Source: an uncultured Bacteroidales bacterium (lineage in GTDB: Bacteria; Bacteroidota; Bacteroidia; Bacteroidales; GCA-2748055). From it: 64,000 nt of DNA. The stretch is from NCBI GenBank assembly GCA_963792395.1, contig CAWBWE010000014.1:229912-293911 (forward strand), read 5' to 3'. The position numbers and the translations under genes were made by a program. The notes under the pieces are model-generated. The model searched no databases. It was not told where the DNA came from and saw only the letters and a program-made list of their open reading frames with translations. How positions within the stretch are numbered: position 1 is the stretch's first letter; each line of letters starts with the position of its first letter. Positions 11,933-23,601 of this stretch are shown here, one piece after another.

Positions 11933-12645
11933 TATCTAAACTTTTAAAAATATTGACCTGGATAGGAATTGCCGCATGGTTTGTGGTGATCCTGGGATTT
12001 GCTTCCAGCGAAGCGGACCAGGTATTGTGTACGCAAATCGAGGTGGTGCTTTCTGATACGGTGACCAGCAGGTTTGTAAGCGATTCGGATATCAGGGCCA
12101 TGATACAATCGGAGGGATTGCAGCTGCAGGGCTACCCCTTGAAAAAGATTAATACCAGAGAGCTGGAGAGTAAGCTGGAGGAAAACGCCTATATCAAAAG
12201 AGCCGAGGTGAACACGGATGTGACAGGCAGGATGGAGATAAGCCTGGAACAGAGAGTCCCGTTGGTACGGATCATGCCTGATGGCCGGGAGGGATTCTAT
12301 CTCGATCTGGAAGGAATTGTTCTGCCGCTTTCAACGCAGTTTGTTCCCCATATTATGCTGGTATCCGGAAATATCGAAACTCCAGGTAAAGATGGCCGGG
12401 TTGGAGCACAGCTGCAAAAGATCCATCATTTCTGCGCTTTTGTATCCGAACATCCCTTCTGGAGCGAACAGATCGTGCAGCTCTATGTGAATCGCCGGGG
12501 AGAGTATGAGTTGATACCCAGGGTGGGTGCGCACCAGATTCTTCTGGGGAGCATGGAGCAGTGGGAGCAAAAACTGAGAAACCTGGAACTGCTTTATGAG
12601 CAGGGGCTCTCAAACTATGGATGGAATAGTTATGAGAACTATTAA
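11914..12645 (+). CDS. ftsQ: Cell-division protein FtsQ (TM anchor plus POTRA-like domain)
   Basis: 243 aa with an N-terminal TM helix (ILTWIGIAAWFVVILGFA). It lies between murC and ftsA. Confidence 0.7.
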   Translation: MVYEDMISKLLKILTWIGIAAWFVVILGFASSEADQVLCTQIEVVLSDTVTSRFVSDSDIRAMIQSEGLQLQGYPLKKINTRELESKLEENAYIKRAEVNTDVTGRMEISLEQRVPLVRIMPDGREGFYLDLEGIVLPLSTQFVPHIMLVSGNIETPGKDGRVGAQLQKIHHFCAFVSEHPFWSEQIVQLYVNRRGEYELIPRVGAHQILLGSMEQWEQKLRNLELLYEQGLSNYGWNSYENY

Positions 12646-12689
12646 TTTGAAATATACCAATCAAGTAATTTGTACTAAACGTTAAAACT

Positions 12690-14021
12690 ATGGCAACAAA
12701 AGAAAAAATTGTAGCTGCGGTTGACATCGGTACAACCAAGATCGTTAGCCTGGTAGGCCGGTTGAATGAACAGGGCAAACTGGAAGTCCTGGGCATCAGC
12801 CAGACTCCTTCCAAAGGGGTCAAACGAGGGGTTGTGTTAAATATCGAGGAGACTGTGAATGCAATTCAAACCACCTCTTCCGAGGCCAGTGAGCAATCGG
12901 GTATTAAATTCAATGAAGTATTTGTGGGTATCGCCGGGCAGCATATCAAATCTGTAAGGAACAGGGGCTATATCAACCGGGATTCCTACGATGATGAGAT
13001 CACCCGGGACGATCTGCAAAACCTGATCGATGATATGCACAAGATTCCTGTGGACGTGGGTGAGGAGATCATGCACGTGCTGCCTCAGAGTTATATTGTC
13101 GACAACGAGACCGGTGTGAAAAATCCGGTGGGGATGTTCGGAAAGCGGCTGGAAGCCAATTTCCATATAGTGATCGGGCAGATCTCATCGGCACGCAATA
13201 TTGAAAAATGTATCAACCGGGTTGGACTTGATGTGAAACAGCTGGTTCTGGAGCCTCTGGCCTCCAGTGCCGCGGTGCTCACCAATGATGAGAAGGAGGC
13301 CGGGGTTGCCCTGGTGGATATTGGGGGCGGCACTACCGATGTGGCCGTATACTATGATGATGTGATCCGTCATACAGCCGTTATTCCATTTGGAGGAAAT
13401 GTGATTACCCGCGATATTAAAGAGGGTTGCGCCATATTGCAACGGCAGGCAGAGTCACTGAAAGTCCAGTTTGGATCCGCCCTGGGCGACCTGGCACAGG
13501 AAGATAAGGTGGTCACCATACCAGGCATTTCGGGAAGAGAGCCCAAGGAGATCAGTTTCAGAAGTCTGGCCTATATCATCCAGTCGCGCATGGAAGAGAT
13601 CATAGATGCGGTTAGTTATGAGATCGAGAATTCTGGTTACATGGATAAACTGAGTGCGGGTATCGTGCTGACAGGAGGTGGTTCCATGCTGAAACACCTG
13701 AACCAGCTGGTAAAATTTAAAACAGGAATGGATGTACGCATCGGCTTCCCCGGCGAAATGATGGCGGCGGACTCCTCCGATGAGATTAATCAGCCCATGT
13801 TCTCCACCTCGGTGGGACTCCTTCTGAAAGGACTGGAGTACTATGAGGAGAAGCAGGAAGAGATAAAGATCAAGGAGCCCCTGGTCCAGGAAGATCCGGG
13901 AGCTGAAGAGGAGCTTAAAGAAGACAAGAAGGCCAGGAAAGGGATGAAGGGGGGCAGGATCCTGGAAAATCTGAAGAATACCCTCAGTGATATTTTTGAT
14001 GAGACTGATGTGAAAATGTAG
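12690..14021 (+). CDS. ftsA: Cell-division protein FtsA (actin-like ATPase)
   Basis: Intact 443-aa ORF with VAAVDIGTTKIV and DIGGGTTDVAVY phosphate-binding motifs and a C-terminal amphipathic tail. Confidence 0.95.
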   Translation: MATKEKIVAAVDIGTTKIVSLVGRLNEQGKLEVLGISQTPSKGVKRGVVLNIEETVNAIQTTSSEASEQSGIKFNEVFVGIAGQHIKSVRNRGYINRDSYDDEITRDDLQNLIDDMHKIPVDVGEEIMHVLPQSYIVDNETGVKNPVGMFGKRLEANFHIVIGQISSARNIEKCINRVGLDVKQLVLEPLASSAAVLTNDEKEAGVALVDIGGGTTDVAVYYDDVIRHTAVIPFGGNVITRDIKEGCAILQRQAESLKVQFGSALGDLAQEDKVVTIPGISGREPKEISFRSLAYIIQSRMEEIIDAVSYEIENSGYMDKLSAGIVLTGGGSMLKHLNQLVKFKTGMDVRIGFPGEMMAADSSDEINQPMFSTSVGLLLKGLEYYEEKQEEIKIKEPLVQEDPGAEEELKEDKKARKGMKGGRILENLKNTLSDIFDETDVKM

Positions 14022-14034
14022 AAAATCCAAACCC

Positions 14035-15473
14035 ATGGAAGAATTAATGAATTTCGACCTGCCGCCCGAGCGGTCATCCGTTATCAAGGTAATTGGTGTA
14101 GGAGGTGGTGGAAGCAATGCGGTGAACCATATGTTCAAGAAGGGGATCCAGGATGTGAATTTTGTGGTATGCAATACCGATGCACAGGCATTGCATAACA
14201 GCCCGGTGGCTATAAAGCTGCAACTGGGAGATGCCCTGACAGAGGGAAGAGGTGCCGGCAGCAAATCTGAGATTGGAAGAGAGGCTGCCAATGGAGAGCA
14301 TCGACAGGATCAAGGAGGTATTGTCCAGTAATACCAACATGGTCTTTATTACAGCCGGCATGGGAGGAGGAACCGGTACCGGGGCCGCCCCGGTTATTGC
14401 CAGGGTTGCGAAAGAGATGGGAATACTGACCGTTGCCATAGTCACCATTCCCTTTCGCTTTGAAGGTCCGGAGCGCATCAACCAGGCCATTGAAGGCATC
14501 AATGAGCTGAAAGATCATGTGGACTCCCTGCTGGTGATTAACAATGAGAAGTTAAGGGAGATCTATGGGAACCTGACCGTGAGTAAATCATTTGAGAAGG
14601 CAGATGATGTCCTGGCCATTGCCGCCAAAGGGATCGCAGAAATCATTACCGTTCACGGCTATATCAATGTGGATTTTGCAGATGTACAGACAGTAATGAG
14701 CAACAGTGGAGTGGCCATCATGGGTTCAGCCACCGCCAAGGGAGAAGAGCGGGCACGACTGGCCATTGAGCAGGCTCTCACTTCACCTCTTTTGAACAAC
14801 AACGACATCGAAGGAGCCCGAAGCGTATTGCTCAATATCACCTCGGGATCGGAGGAGATTACCATGGATGAGGTCAGTGAGATCACAGATTATGTGGTAA
14901 GTGCCACGTGCGCGCGATACCACTCTGATCTGGGGGATCGGAAGTGACGAATCCCTGGGTGAGGAGATCAGTGTGACCATCATTGCCACCGGTTTCAGGA
15001 TGAATAGCATCCCCGAACTTTATGTGGGCAGAAAACAGACCCATAAGGTCCCTTTGCGTGATTCCGGCAGTGCAGCCACCCTGAAGGATGAACATTCCAA
15101 CGTGACTCCCCAGCAGGCATCCTTATCCTTTGGAGTGAAAGACAAAGAAGATTCGGAAGAGTATATCCTGATGGATCAGTCTGAAGAGACAGATCCCGAG
15201 TCCAAGGAAAAAAAGTTGGCCGACCGGGTGAGGAAACTTCGTGAGACCCATGAGAAGCTGAGAGAAAGGGGGTATCTGAACATTAGCGGTGATGATGAGA
15301 TTGAGGAGCTGGAGAATGTACCGGCCTATGTGCGCAAGAAGATACCCATCGACCATCAAAAACATTCGGAGCAGAAAGAGGTCTCCCGCTACCGTCTTAC
15401 GGATAAGCAGGAGGGTGAGGAAGGCCCCAAATTGCGCCCCGACAATTCCTACCTCCACGATAACGTGGATTAG
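14035..15473 (+). pseudogene. ftsZ: Cell-division GTPase FtsZ, two frame breaks (about 14290 and about 14900-14925)
   Basis: ORF pieces are 14035-14331, 14252-14947 and 14901-15473. Motifs include IKVIGVGGGGSNAV and the tubulin signature GGGTGTGAAPVIA. The first break is a single extra A at 14290-14291, between ...GREAA and MESIDRIKEV. Confidence 0.95.
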
Positions 15474-15479
15474 CCTACA

Positions 15480-15556
15480 CCCGGAGGAGCAAGCCCAGCC
15501 GTAGCTGAAATTGGTGTCTGCCCGCCAATATTGCGTTTCAGGGGTCCTCCTCCGGG
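15480..15556. other. 77-nt nested inverted repeat in the convergent ftsZ/ppiD gap
   Basis: The outer arms CCCGGAGGAG (15480-15489) and CTCCTCCGGG (15547-15556) are a perfect 10-bp pair. Inner pairs are CTGAAA (15505-15510) with TTTCAG (15536-15541), and TTGG (15511-15514) with CCAA (15525-15528). No U-tract follows on either strand. Confidence 0.5.
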
Positions 15557-15589
15557 GATGGTTGATGCTACAAGCTTTCCTCGCGGAGC

Positions 15590-17754
15590 CTAGTTGTAGA
15601 AGATCTCCAGACGGTTATCCTTTACCTTGGCCGCATCCACCAGTGCATTGTAAGCTTCGTAATTGCTTCTGGATTCCAGGGTGTATCTTAAGTCTTGTCT
15701 TAGCAGCCTCATCAGCTCCTTCCACCACCGGATTTTCTGTACGGTTTGTCACAGCAATTACAAATACTCCGCTTTCCCCCACCAGAGGAGCGGATATCTG
15801 ATCCAGCGGCAGGTACATGGAAGCACCTACCACATAAGGCTCCAGTCCAACTCCGGCTACATAGGTATTTGCAAATTTGATCTGGGTGGCTTCACCTACG
15901 TTTTCATTATTCGCCGTTCCAAACTGAGCGAGATCATTGACTCCTGCCAGTTGCTCCTTGAGCAGCTCCACGAGTTTTTCAGCCTTCTTCTCTTTTTTCA
16001 CGAGCCAGGGTCAGTTCTGCGCGGACACTCTCCAGTTTTGCATATCCCTCTTCCCTGGCTTCTGTAAGCACAGCGACAATGTATTTATCGTCGCTCTGAC
16101 TGAAAATATTACTGACGCTGTTTACTTCAGAGGTAAAGGCCCATTTGGTGATCCTGATGGGATCCTCGATGCCGGGAATGGTCTGCCTGGTCTTTGGTTA
16201 TGTTGGGAGCAAAGCGGGGATCCAGTCCGAATTCACGGGCCTGTTCGGTGAATTTCTCCAGATCGGTGGCTTTCCCCCTGAATTTCACTGCCCGGTTATA
16301 GTAGTCCTGGTTGGTCTCATCGCTGGCAAAAATATTCCTGACCATGGTTGCTACCTGGATTTTCTGAACGGGACTGCTTTGTTCTTCAATCTTGATAATG
16401 TGTGTGCCAAACTGGGTTTCTGTCGTGACCAGTCACCTTTATTATTTTCAAAACAGGCATCGTTGAATTCTGTCACCATGTTTCCTTCTGTGAACCAACC
16501 CAGGTCACCACCAATGGCCCGGTTGCTTTCATCGGCGGAGTATTCCAGGGCAATCTGGTTAAAGTTGCCACCGTTGTCAATCACGTTTTCAGGCTGTCGG
16601 CCAGATCCTTGATTAGCTGCCTGTTGCCCCCATAGGCCTGGAGGGAAAGCAGAATATGCCTGACCCTGACAGAGTCGGGACTCATCTGCATATCCTGGGC
16701 ACGGGCCAGTTTGAAAGATTCCTGATCACGATAGGGTCCAAAAATAGTCTCTTCATGAAGCATTGATATACAGAATCCCTGATGATTTCGGGTAAGTTCG
16801 TCGTAGGTATAGTACCTGATATCAAAGGGCTCATCTGAGGTGCCGTTTACATAACGGGGAATCTCTTCACCGGAAGTTCTGGCAGAATTCCAGCTTTGGT
16901 TTGCGTGGTCCAGTACCTGGCATTTTCCACATCTTTTTCACTGGGTTCCACTTCAAATACCACATATTGGAAGGTCCTGGAGGCCTCCTGCTTATAGTTC
17001 TCCCTGTGATCTTTGTAGTAGTGCTTTCAGATCTGCATTCGGTAAATGTGATCTCTTCATCGGCATATTTCTGAAAAAGGTTTTGAGATAAAAGCAAAAT
17101 CTGTACTTTTTCCAGTTTCAGTCAGATAGTCTTTCAGATCCAGGGAGGAGGGCTGAAATCCCTTTCTAACCAGGTTAAAATACTTCTGGTTCATCTTTTC
17201 ATCAACGATCTCCTTTTCAATGAATAACCAGCGTTTTTTCTCCTGTTCAAACTGGGGATTGTCCAGCGCATTAAAATAGTTGGTCATTACTGCACGGTTC
17301 AGCTGTCCGGTTTCAGGATTTGAAAACATTTGCCTGATGATGGGGTGTGGTTCACTCAGTGCTGGATTTCCACTCAATCCCATGGTCTGGTCACCGGTTA
17401 CCATGGTCTTCAGTTCATCGGCACTTACATAGATTCCCAGTTTTTCGTAGGAGCGTTCCATGATGGTCTCCCTGACAAGCCTTCTCCAGGTTTCCTGCTG
17501 GATCTGTCTTTCCAGTTCTGCATCCAGGGACTGTCCGCCTGCATTGAGCTGGTAAAATTCACGAAGGCTTTTTTCACGGTTCAGATAATCGTGTACCCCA
17601 ACTCCTTTTCCGTTAATCTCTGCAACGGATTTCTTTCCCATGGCTCGATGATCCTGATCCCATCATATCTCCAAGGATAAATGCAAAAAGTGCCAGTCCG
17701 ATGACGATGGCTACCAGCAATCCCGCCTTGTTTCTAATATTCTGTAATGTGGCC
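15590..17754 (-). pseudogene. ppiD: Periplasmic chaperone / peptidyl-prolyl isomerase PpiD-like, frame interrupted (at least 5 breaks)
   Basis: The start reads MATLQNIRNKAGLLVAIVIGLALFAFILG (ATG at 17754). ORF pieces are 17057-17641, 16867-17097, 16581-16763, 16351-16584 (PPIC-type parvulin motif GGDLGWFTEGNMV), 16127-16345 and 15615-16001. The C-terminus ...AAKVKDNRLEIFYN* is recovered in another frame, with its stop at 15590-15592. Confidence 0.8.
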
Positions 17755-17861
17755 ATTTATATATACTGATTATAACTATATGTATTCCTTAAAATTTGAG
17801 CGTACGAATATAGTAATAATTAGAGGTTTAATAAAAATAGAATGGATGAAAATTGCGCTGA

Positions 17862-19153
17862 TCAGGAACGGATCACCTTCAGCTCCACCTCTTCGATGCG
17901 GTTTGAACTGACATCTGTAATGGTAATCAGGAAGTTATCCAGTTCTACCGTGGTGTCTTTTTCAGGAATGCTTTCATAATGATAGATAATATATCCGGCC
18001 AGGGTATCATATTCTTCCGAATCGGGAATGGCCAGAAAATACTTTTCATTGAGATAATCGATTTCATGACGTCCGGACAGCAGGTATCGGTTTTTATCCA
18101 ACTGTTTTTCCACCAGGTCACTGGTATCGTGCTCATCTTCAATTTCACCAAAGATCTCCTCAATGATGTCTTCGGTGGTAATCACACCGGAGGTGCCTCC
18201 AAATTCATCCACCACCAGGGCAATGCTCTTTCCCTCTTTGATAAATCCGGTCAGTAGTTTGTTCACAGGAAGGGTTTCAGGAACGATTTGTATGGGTTTC
18301 AGATGGGATTTGATCTTATCTGGTTTTCTGATACAGGTCCTTTGGAATTCACATAACCGATTACATTATCGATGGTCTCCTTGTAGATAAGGATCCTGCT
18401 TAGTCCGGTATTCAATGAAGCGCTGGGTCAGATCTTCCAGTGGAGATATCAACTTCAAGGGCAATCACATCGGTTCGTGGGAATCATGCAATCCCTGACT
18501 TTCAGACTGGAAAATTCCAGGGCATTTTTAAAGATCTTCAGATCTTCAATTTCTTCACCGTCCTGCTTCTGTTCAGGTTGTACAGTGTGGTTAGAAAATG
18601 ATCCAGGTCCACTTTCCTGAATACTGGTTCTGCGACTGCTGGTATCCGGGCTTGACCCTCAACAGGTACCTCATGGTGAAATTGGAGATAGCCAATGGTA
18701 AGCAATGGTAATGGGATAGAGGAGCACATAAAAGACCATGATGGGTACACTGAGCAGCCGCAGGGAATTATTGGGATTGATCCTGAAAAGGGTTTTGGGC
18801 AGGAATTCGGCAGTAAGCAGGATAATCAGGGTTGAGATCAGGGTCTGGATCAGCAAGAACGGTGGCATCTGAATTCGTCTCCCAGCAGATTCCTGATGGG
18901 TTCTTCCAGCAGCATGGCAAAGGCAATTCCGTAAATGACCAGGGCAATGTTGTTTCCCACCAGCATGGTGGCAATAAACCTGGAAGGATGCTTGGTAAAA
19001 AAGCTGACAATCCCGGCAAAGAATCTTCTTCTGTTTCCTGTCAATCTCAATTCTCAGCTTATTGGCAGAAACAAATGCGATTTCCATTCCTGAAAAGAAG
19101 GCAGAAAACAGAATGGAAACCAGAATAAGGATGATCAGATTCAGATAATTCAT
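17862..19153 (-). pseudogene. CNNM/DUF21 - CBS pair - CorC_HlyC family membrane protein (hemolysin/TlyC/CorC-like), frame interrupted
   Basis: The N-terminal DUF21 segment reads MNYLNLIILILVSILFSAFFSGMEIAFVS. The C-terminal 134-aa piece (17862-18266) has the CBS/CorC_HlyC pattern (VDEFGGTSGVITTEDIIEEIFGEIEDEHD). The middle is readable only across several frames. Confidence 0.8.
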
Positions 19154-19156
19154 GGT

Positions 19157-19343
19157 TTATCGGCGTGAAATTCTCATTCTTCTTCTGAAAAAATACATTA
19201 AAAAAGCAAGGATGAGAAAAGGAAATAATACCAGCTGTCTCCAAATCCCGGCATCCATGCGTCACATCCACTGCCATAAAAAGCATGAGTCCGCCAAGAA
19301 CAAACCATACCACTTCAAAAATACCTGAAGCGCTATTCTTCAT
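19157..19343 (-). pseudogene. Possible small two-TM membrane protein wedged between lptC-like and the CBS gene, one frame break
   Basis: It reads MKNSASGIFEVVWFVLGGLMLFMAVDVTHGW... and then ...WYYFLFSSLAFLMYFFRRRMRISRR* after re-threading. Its start overlaps the upstream stop, and its stop lies 3 nt before the downstream ATG. I recognise no family. Confidence 0.3.
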
Positions 19344-19905
19344 CCTGTACATTTACGGTTCCACTGGTTCCTTTTAACTGCCAGTTGGAAAGATTCTGGT
19401 GTGATTCGAATCCCCTTTTCCCATAGAAGATACCATCTTCATTCTGGATCCTGGTATAAGAGTCGGAATAGATCAATTCTTCTTCTTCATCCCAGAATAG
19501 CTCCTCGGTATGAAGTGCATCCCCATTATCGAGTCTGCTGTGCCACCACATTTCCTGTAGCATGCCAGAGCTTCTTCTTCCGTATAATAGATGGTATAGT
19601 CGGCCCTGATCTCAGATTCAATTTTCATTGAATCGTCGTAAAAATAGACCTCCAGTCCTTCCGGAAATTCCATATAAGGTCGTTCCACATCGGGAAACTG
19701 CTGATAACGCAGGTGCCAGAATCTGTACCTTTACCTTGGCCGAATCACTGTAGATCACCTTCATATTGGTACCCTTGACTAGTGGGTATCTCCTGCCTCA
19801 TCAGTAAGCAGGTTGATCCGTTCAATGTCATTCTCGCAACCCGTCAATAACAGAGCAAGGTAAGCAGCAATCAGAGCATCAATATTTCGTATCGCTGAAG
19901 TACAT
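19333..19905 (-). pseudogene. lptC: LptC-like periplasmic LPS-export protein (lipoprotein-type anchor), frame interrupted
   Basis: The N-terminus has the lipobox ...ALIAAYLALLLTGC after a frame break. The internal segment PEGLEVYFYDDSMKIESEIRADYTIYY is typical of Bacteroidota LptC. It sits in the conserved position upstream of the CBS-hemolysin and ppiD genes. Confidence 0.5.
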
Positions 19906-20023
19906 TTTCACAAAGATAGTAAAAGCCGAGCCTTAGGTGATTCTTGTCCAGATAGTAAGGCGCTCTTACAAGATTCTTTCGAGATACAATATCTGCGATG
20001 CAACATTCCTTCATGGGAGAATA

Positions 20024-20054
20024 CAAAAAAAGGCCATCCATTCGGACAGCCTTT
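20024..20054 (-). terminator. Rho-independent terminator after the TPR gene
   Basis: The minus-strand RNA forms an 8-bp stem GGCUGUCC-GAAU-GGAUGGCC that includes two G-U pairs. On the plus strand those positions would be C-A mismatches. The stem is followed by U7. It lies about 20 nt after the stop at 20074. Confidence 0.75.
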
Positions 20055-20073
20055 TGCTAATCTTGTTCGTATC

Positions 20074-21438
20074 CTACTTCCTTGATCTTACGGTGGTGTA
20101 TTCGTTAATACATCCTTTCACCTGGTAGGAATCTCCATCTTTCAGATCCCGGAAAAATACCTCTTCGTGGTTGGGATACTGGACTGGCATAATCATTCAG
20201 CTTCTTATTGGCATCTGCAGCCACACTGGGATCCACAGCTTTGGCCTTGGCATATTTATCAGCAGCTACCCAGAATGCAGTACGTTGTCTCAAAATCATC
20301 ACCCAGGTTGTCACGGGAAGCGATAATGGCATCACCCATAAGTCAGATAAGCTTTCCCATAATCGCTTTTATAGGCAATGGCTTCCTTGGCATAGGCGAT
20401 GGCATCACAGTAGTCTTTGTTGGCCGTGCTAACTACGGCCAGTTCATAATACCATTCTGCCCTGGTTTCATTGTCAATGTTTTCACCAAATACGGCCATT
20501 TTCAGGTACTGGGCAGCTTTCTGGAAGTCACTTTTAGCGATAAACAGGATGGCCAGCTGGTGTGCCGATTCCGGACCCGGGTTCAATCTCAGTACATTTG
20601 TTCAGAGGCAGCTCACATAAAGATCAGCCCTGTCACAACCGGCAGAGGCATAAAACCTGATCACATTCTGCCAGGAATTCCTTATCGTCTTTGTTGGCCT
20701 CAAATTGTGGTTCAAAATAGCTGTTCAGTGCTTCACAGGTGAGCAGGCCGCTCTTGAGCATCATATCGTCAATGGTCTGCTTTGGCCTTGGGCCAGCGGG
20801 AGCTTTTATCCAGCAGCTTATCGACAATGTCGGTGACCATGAAATAATCCTCAATGGCCTGGTTGTCTTCAAGCTTCCCCGTTTTGATTCAGGGTGATAC
20901 TGGCAGTTGATATAAAAGTAACCATGACTGCATCCCTGGATTTATTTTTCTCCATTTCAATGCTCTCCTTCAGGAAGCCATAGCCATCTTTACTGCGATG
21001 GCGTTCACATAACGTCAGCGCTCTGCGGTAACGCAGAAGATCAATTCCCTTTCTTCCCAGGATATTTCCTTCTCCTGCCAAAATATTCGGATCCGCCTGT
21101 CATAGATCAGCAAGTAAGGTGTCGATCAGCTGTTCTTTTCGGTCGCTGACGGAGGCTGCTTCAATAAACTTGCGGTACATGGTGATTCCTTCTACATACA
21201 TCCGTTCACTGGAAGCAGGACATTCGCCAAACACTTGCCGCCAGGGATTGATGGCATCTTTGTAGTTATTGTGTTTGAAAAACTCCCTGTAAAGAGAGAG
21301 GTTCTTTATACAATTGATGCTGTCCTGGCCTTTACCGTATTTTGATCCGTCCTCGATCCCTTTCTGTGAAATAGCAGGTAGGACAAACAAAAGGGAAAGT
21401 GCTGCCAATAAGATGGTTTTGAGGGCTTTCGTTTTCAT
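20074..21438 (-). pseudogene. Secreted tetratricopeptide-repeat protein, frame interrupted (at least 4 breaks)
   Basis: The signal peptide reads MKTKALKTILLAALSLLFVLPAISQ (ATG at 21438). TPR-like pieces include ...AQYLKMAVFGENIDNETRAEWYYELAVV.... The C-terminus ...YQVKGCINEYTTVRSRK* is recovered by re-threading. Confidence 0.65.
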
Positions 21439-21506
21439 ACCGTTCAATATATTCTTGGTTTTAATCAAATCTCCTTTTCCGGAACCATAGATCATGTAAA
21501 GTTACA

Positions 21507-22786
21507 TTAAATGTAATAATTCCATAATTTTCTTTCACTAAATTGTACTCTGTAGTACCCCTGGTACCCAGTGTAAAAGCCACATTGATGCTTGATCTTA
21601 ATGTTTTTACCGGTAATACCTACTCCAAAAGTTATGCCATAGTCCTCCAGCTGTTGTCCGTTCACCATCAGGTAGGAGTTGGAATAATATCCTCCCAGCC
21701 GGTAGCTCATGAGTTTATGATAACCCCTGATGGCTTCCACATCCGGGAGTATATTCAGCTCCGAAGTGCATGGAAGTGGCCTTGGTCGTAGCATAATTTT
21801 CGCCCGACATGGAACCGGTCCAGTCCTGCATGTAATAGTCCCCTGTGACTGTCAGTTTATTGGGAATCCCAAGTGCAAATACCCATGCCTATTTTCTGGG
21901 GGATGGTGAAAGGACTTCAACGTGGTATCTTCTCCAAGCATATAATTGGGATCGATCTGATACAGAATCATTGAGATAAATGGTCATCGATACGCGGATA
22001 GAAATTGTTGTATACATTGTATTGTTGGATCAGCATTCGGTATTGGCTTTAAAATCATAGATCCCTCCCAGGGTAAAGAAGAACTTGTCATCAAATACCT
22101 CCTTGTATTGCAGTCCCAAGCGTGAAAACAGGTTTTCTCAGGTCGAAATTCTTCAGTGGAAGAAGCTGTGGAGTAATCCGGAATTCATGGGGAAATTCTA
22201 CCTGCTCTTTCCCTGGTAAGTTTGCCCATCAGGTAATTCATGGTAACACCCAGAGAGAATACGTGTCAAACAGCTTTAACTGAAGTCCCTACATAGAAAT
22301 TCATGATCCCCCCATCCCCTTGTAATAGGTATCCATGGCCACACCATTGGTATAATCGTTGTACTCCTGTTTGATGTTGTAGCCAATGCTGCTGTAGGGA
22401 ACAATTCCGGCCGAAAACCCCAGGTACTTACCCATGGAAGAGGCAAAAGCCACATGATGCAGGTTCATGTTCCACCAGGTATTGGAATAGTTCTTGGTTT
22501 CGATACTTGATTGTGAAAGGTGTTGACTCCGAAATCAAAATAGACCGAAGTGCTGTCCAGTGCTGAAAATGAGGCCGGATTCAGGTAGATTGATCCTGTT
22601 GCGTTCATGAATGGCAAGTCCGGTTCCTCCCATGGCCAGGTTCTGGGCAAATCCCTGCTTGGCCAGATCACCCAGCCCAAAACGGGTATAGGGGGAATAG
22701 GTATTAAACTGACCGCTAAAGGGGAATGAAATGATAAGTGTGAAAACCAAACTGACTATAAATGATCTATATCTCTCTGTCTGCAT
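21507..22786 (-). pseudogene. Putative outer-membrane beta-barrel protein, heavily frame-interrupted
   Basis: It has a signal-like N-terminus MQTERYRSFIVSLVFTLIISFPFSGQ followed by FNTYSPYTRFGLGDL. Fragments 22465-22680 and 21507-21794 are rich in alternating aromatic and Gly residues. No family was assigned. Confidence 0.4.
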
Positions 22787-23509
22787 TGTGTTCCAGTATT
22801 CTGTTAAGTCCGATCAGGTTCAGATTTGGGTCCACAAAGATGCTACTTTTTAGCTTTCCGACAAAGTATTTTGCATCACCTCCGGTTAAAACTACCTGTA
22901 ATTTAGGGTACTCCTTACTTATGGCCTCAATAAATCCGTCCATTTCGAACAATAATCCATTAACTATTCCCGACTGTATGGCCTCCCTGGTACTGCTTCC
23001 CAACAGGGGTGGCCTTTCCTCGGGTCGTTCCAGGATGGGCAGGCGATTGGTGTACTTATTGAGTGATTTAAATCTGATTTCCAAGCCCTGGGAGATGTTT
23101 CCCCCCAGAAATTCCCCCTTGGCTGTGACAATGTCATAGGTGATGGCCGTGCCGGCATCTATGACCAGAACGTTTTTTCCGGGATAAATAGTATATGCAC
23201 CCACAGCAGCTGCTATTCGGTCGTATCCCAGGGTGTCCGGGGTCAGGTATCTGTTTTTCAAGGGGAATTGGTGTAGAATGATCCAGTTCGATGCAGGTGT
23301 CGTAGAGGCTTCCAGGTAGTCGATGATCTCCCTGGAGTAGTTTACCACCGAGGAGATGATGACTCCTTTCAGTCCACGGATAGCGGATATGAAAATAGGA
23401 GATCTCCCGGCTGGTAATTTTCTCGTAGGTGGCAGCTTCAACCACTTCGTTTATGGTCGCAAACTGCAATCTTACCATAGCTGTTTCCCAGGTCGAGAAC
23501 CAGGTTCAT
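22767..23509 (-). pseudogene. coaX: Type III pantothenate kinase CoaX, one frame break near the 5' end
   Basis: MNLVLDLGNSYGKIAV... starts at ATG 23509, and the gene continues in the 22767-23441 ORF with VIDAGTAITYD and VVLTGGDAKYF motifs. Confidence 0.85.
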
Positions 23510-23601
23510 TGTTTTATCCGTTACTCAGTCTCTGCAGAATCTGGTAAGCTTCTTCCACCGAATTTACCTGATCACTTCTCAGGCTCAGTTTTTCCTGGTC
23601 T

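Noticed and set aside
13455-14291. A 278-aa minus-strand ORF. There are similar long antisense ORFs at 51458-52324, 39276-40013, 45967-46695 and 36764-37390.
   Set aside because: All of them lie opposite confidently identified genes (ftsA/ftsZ, the AKR, DUF1566-B, the GH-like protein, and the Spy-like gene with its intergenic region). They show shadow-ORF composition. The one at 36764-37390 also translates the 18-bp repeat as LKLTLKL.
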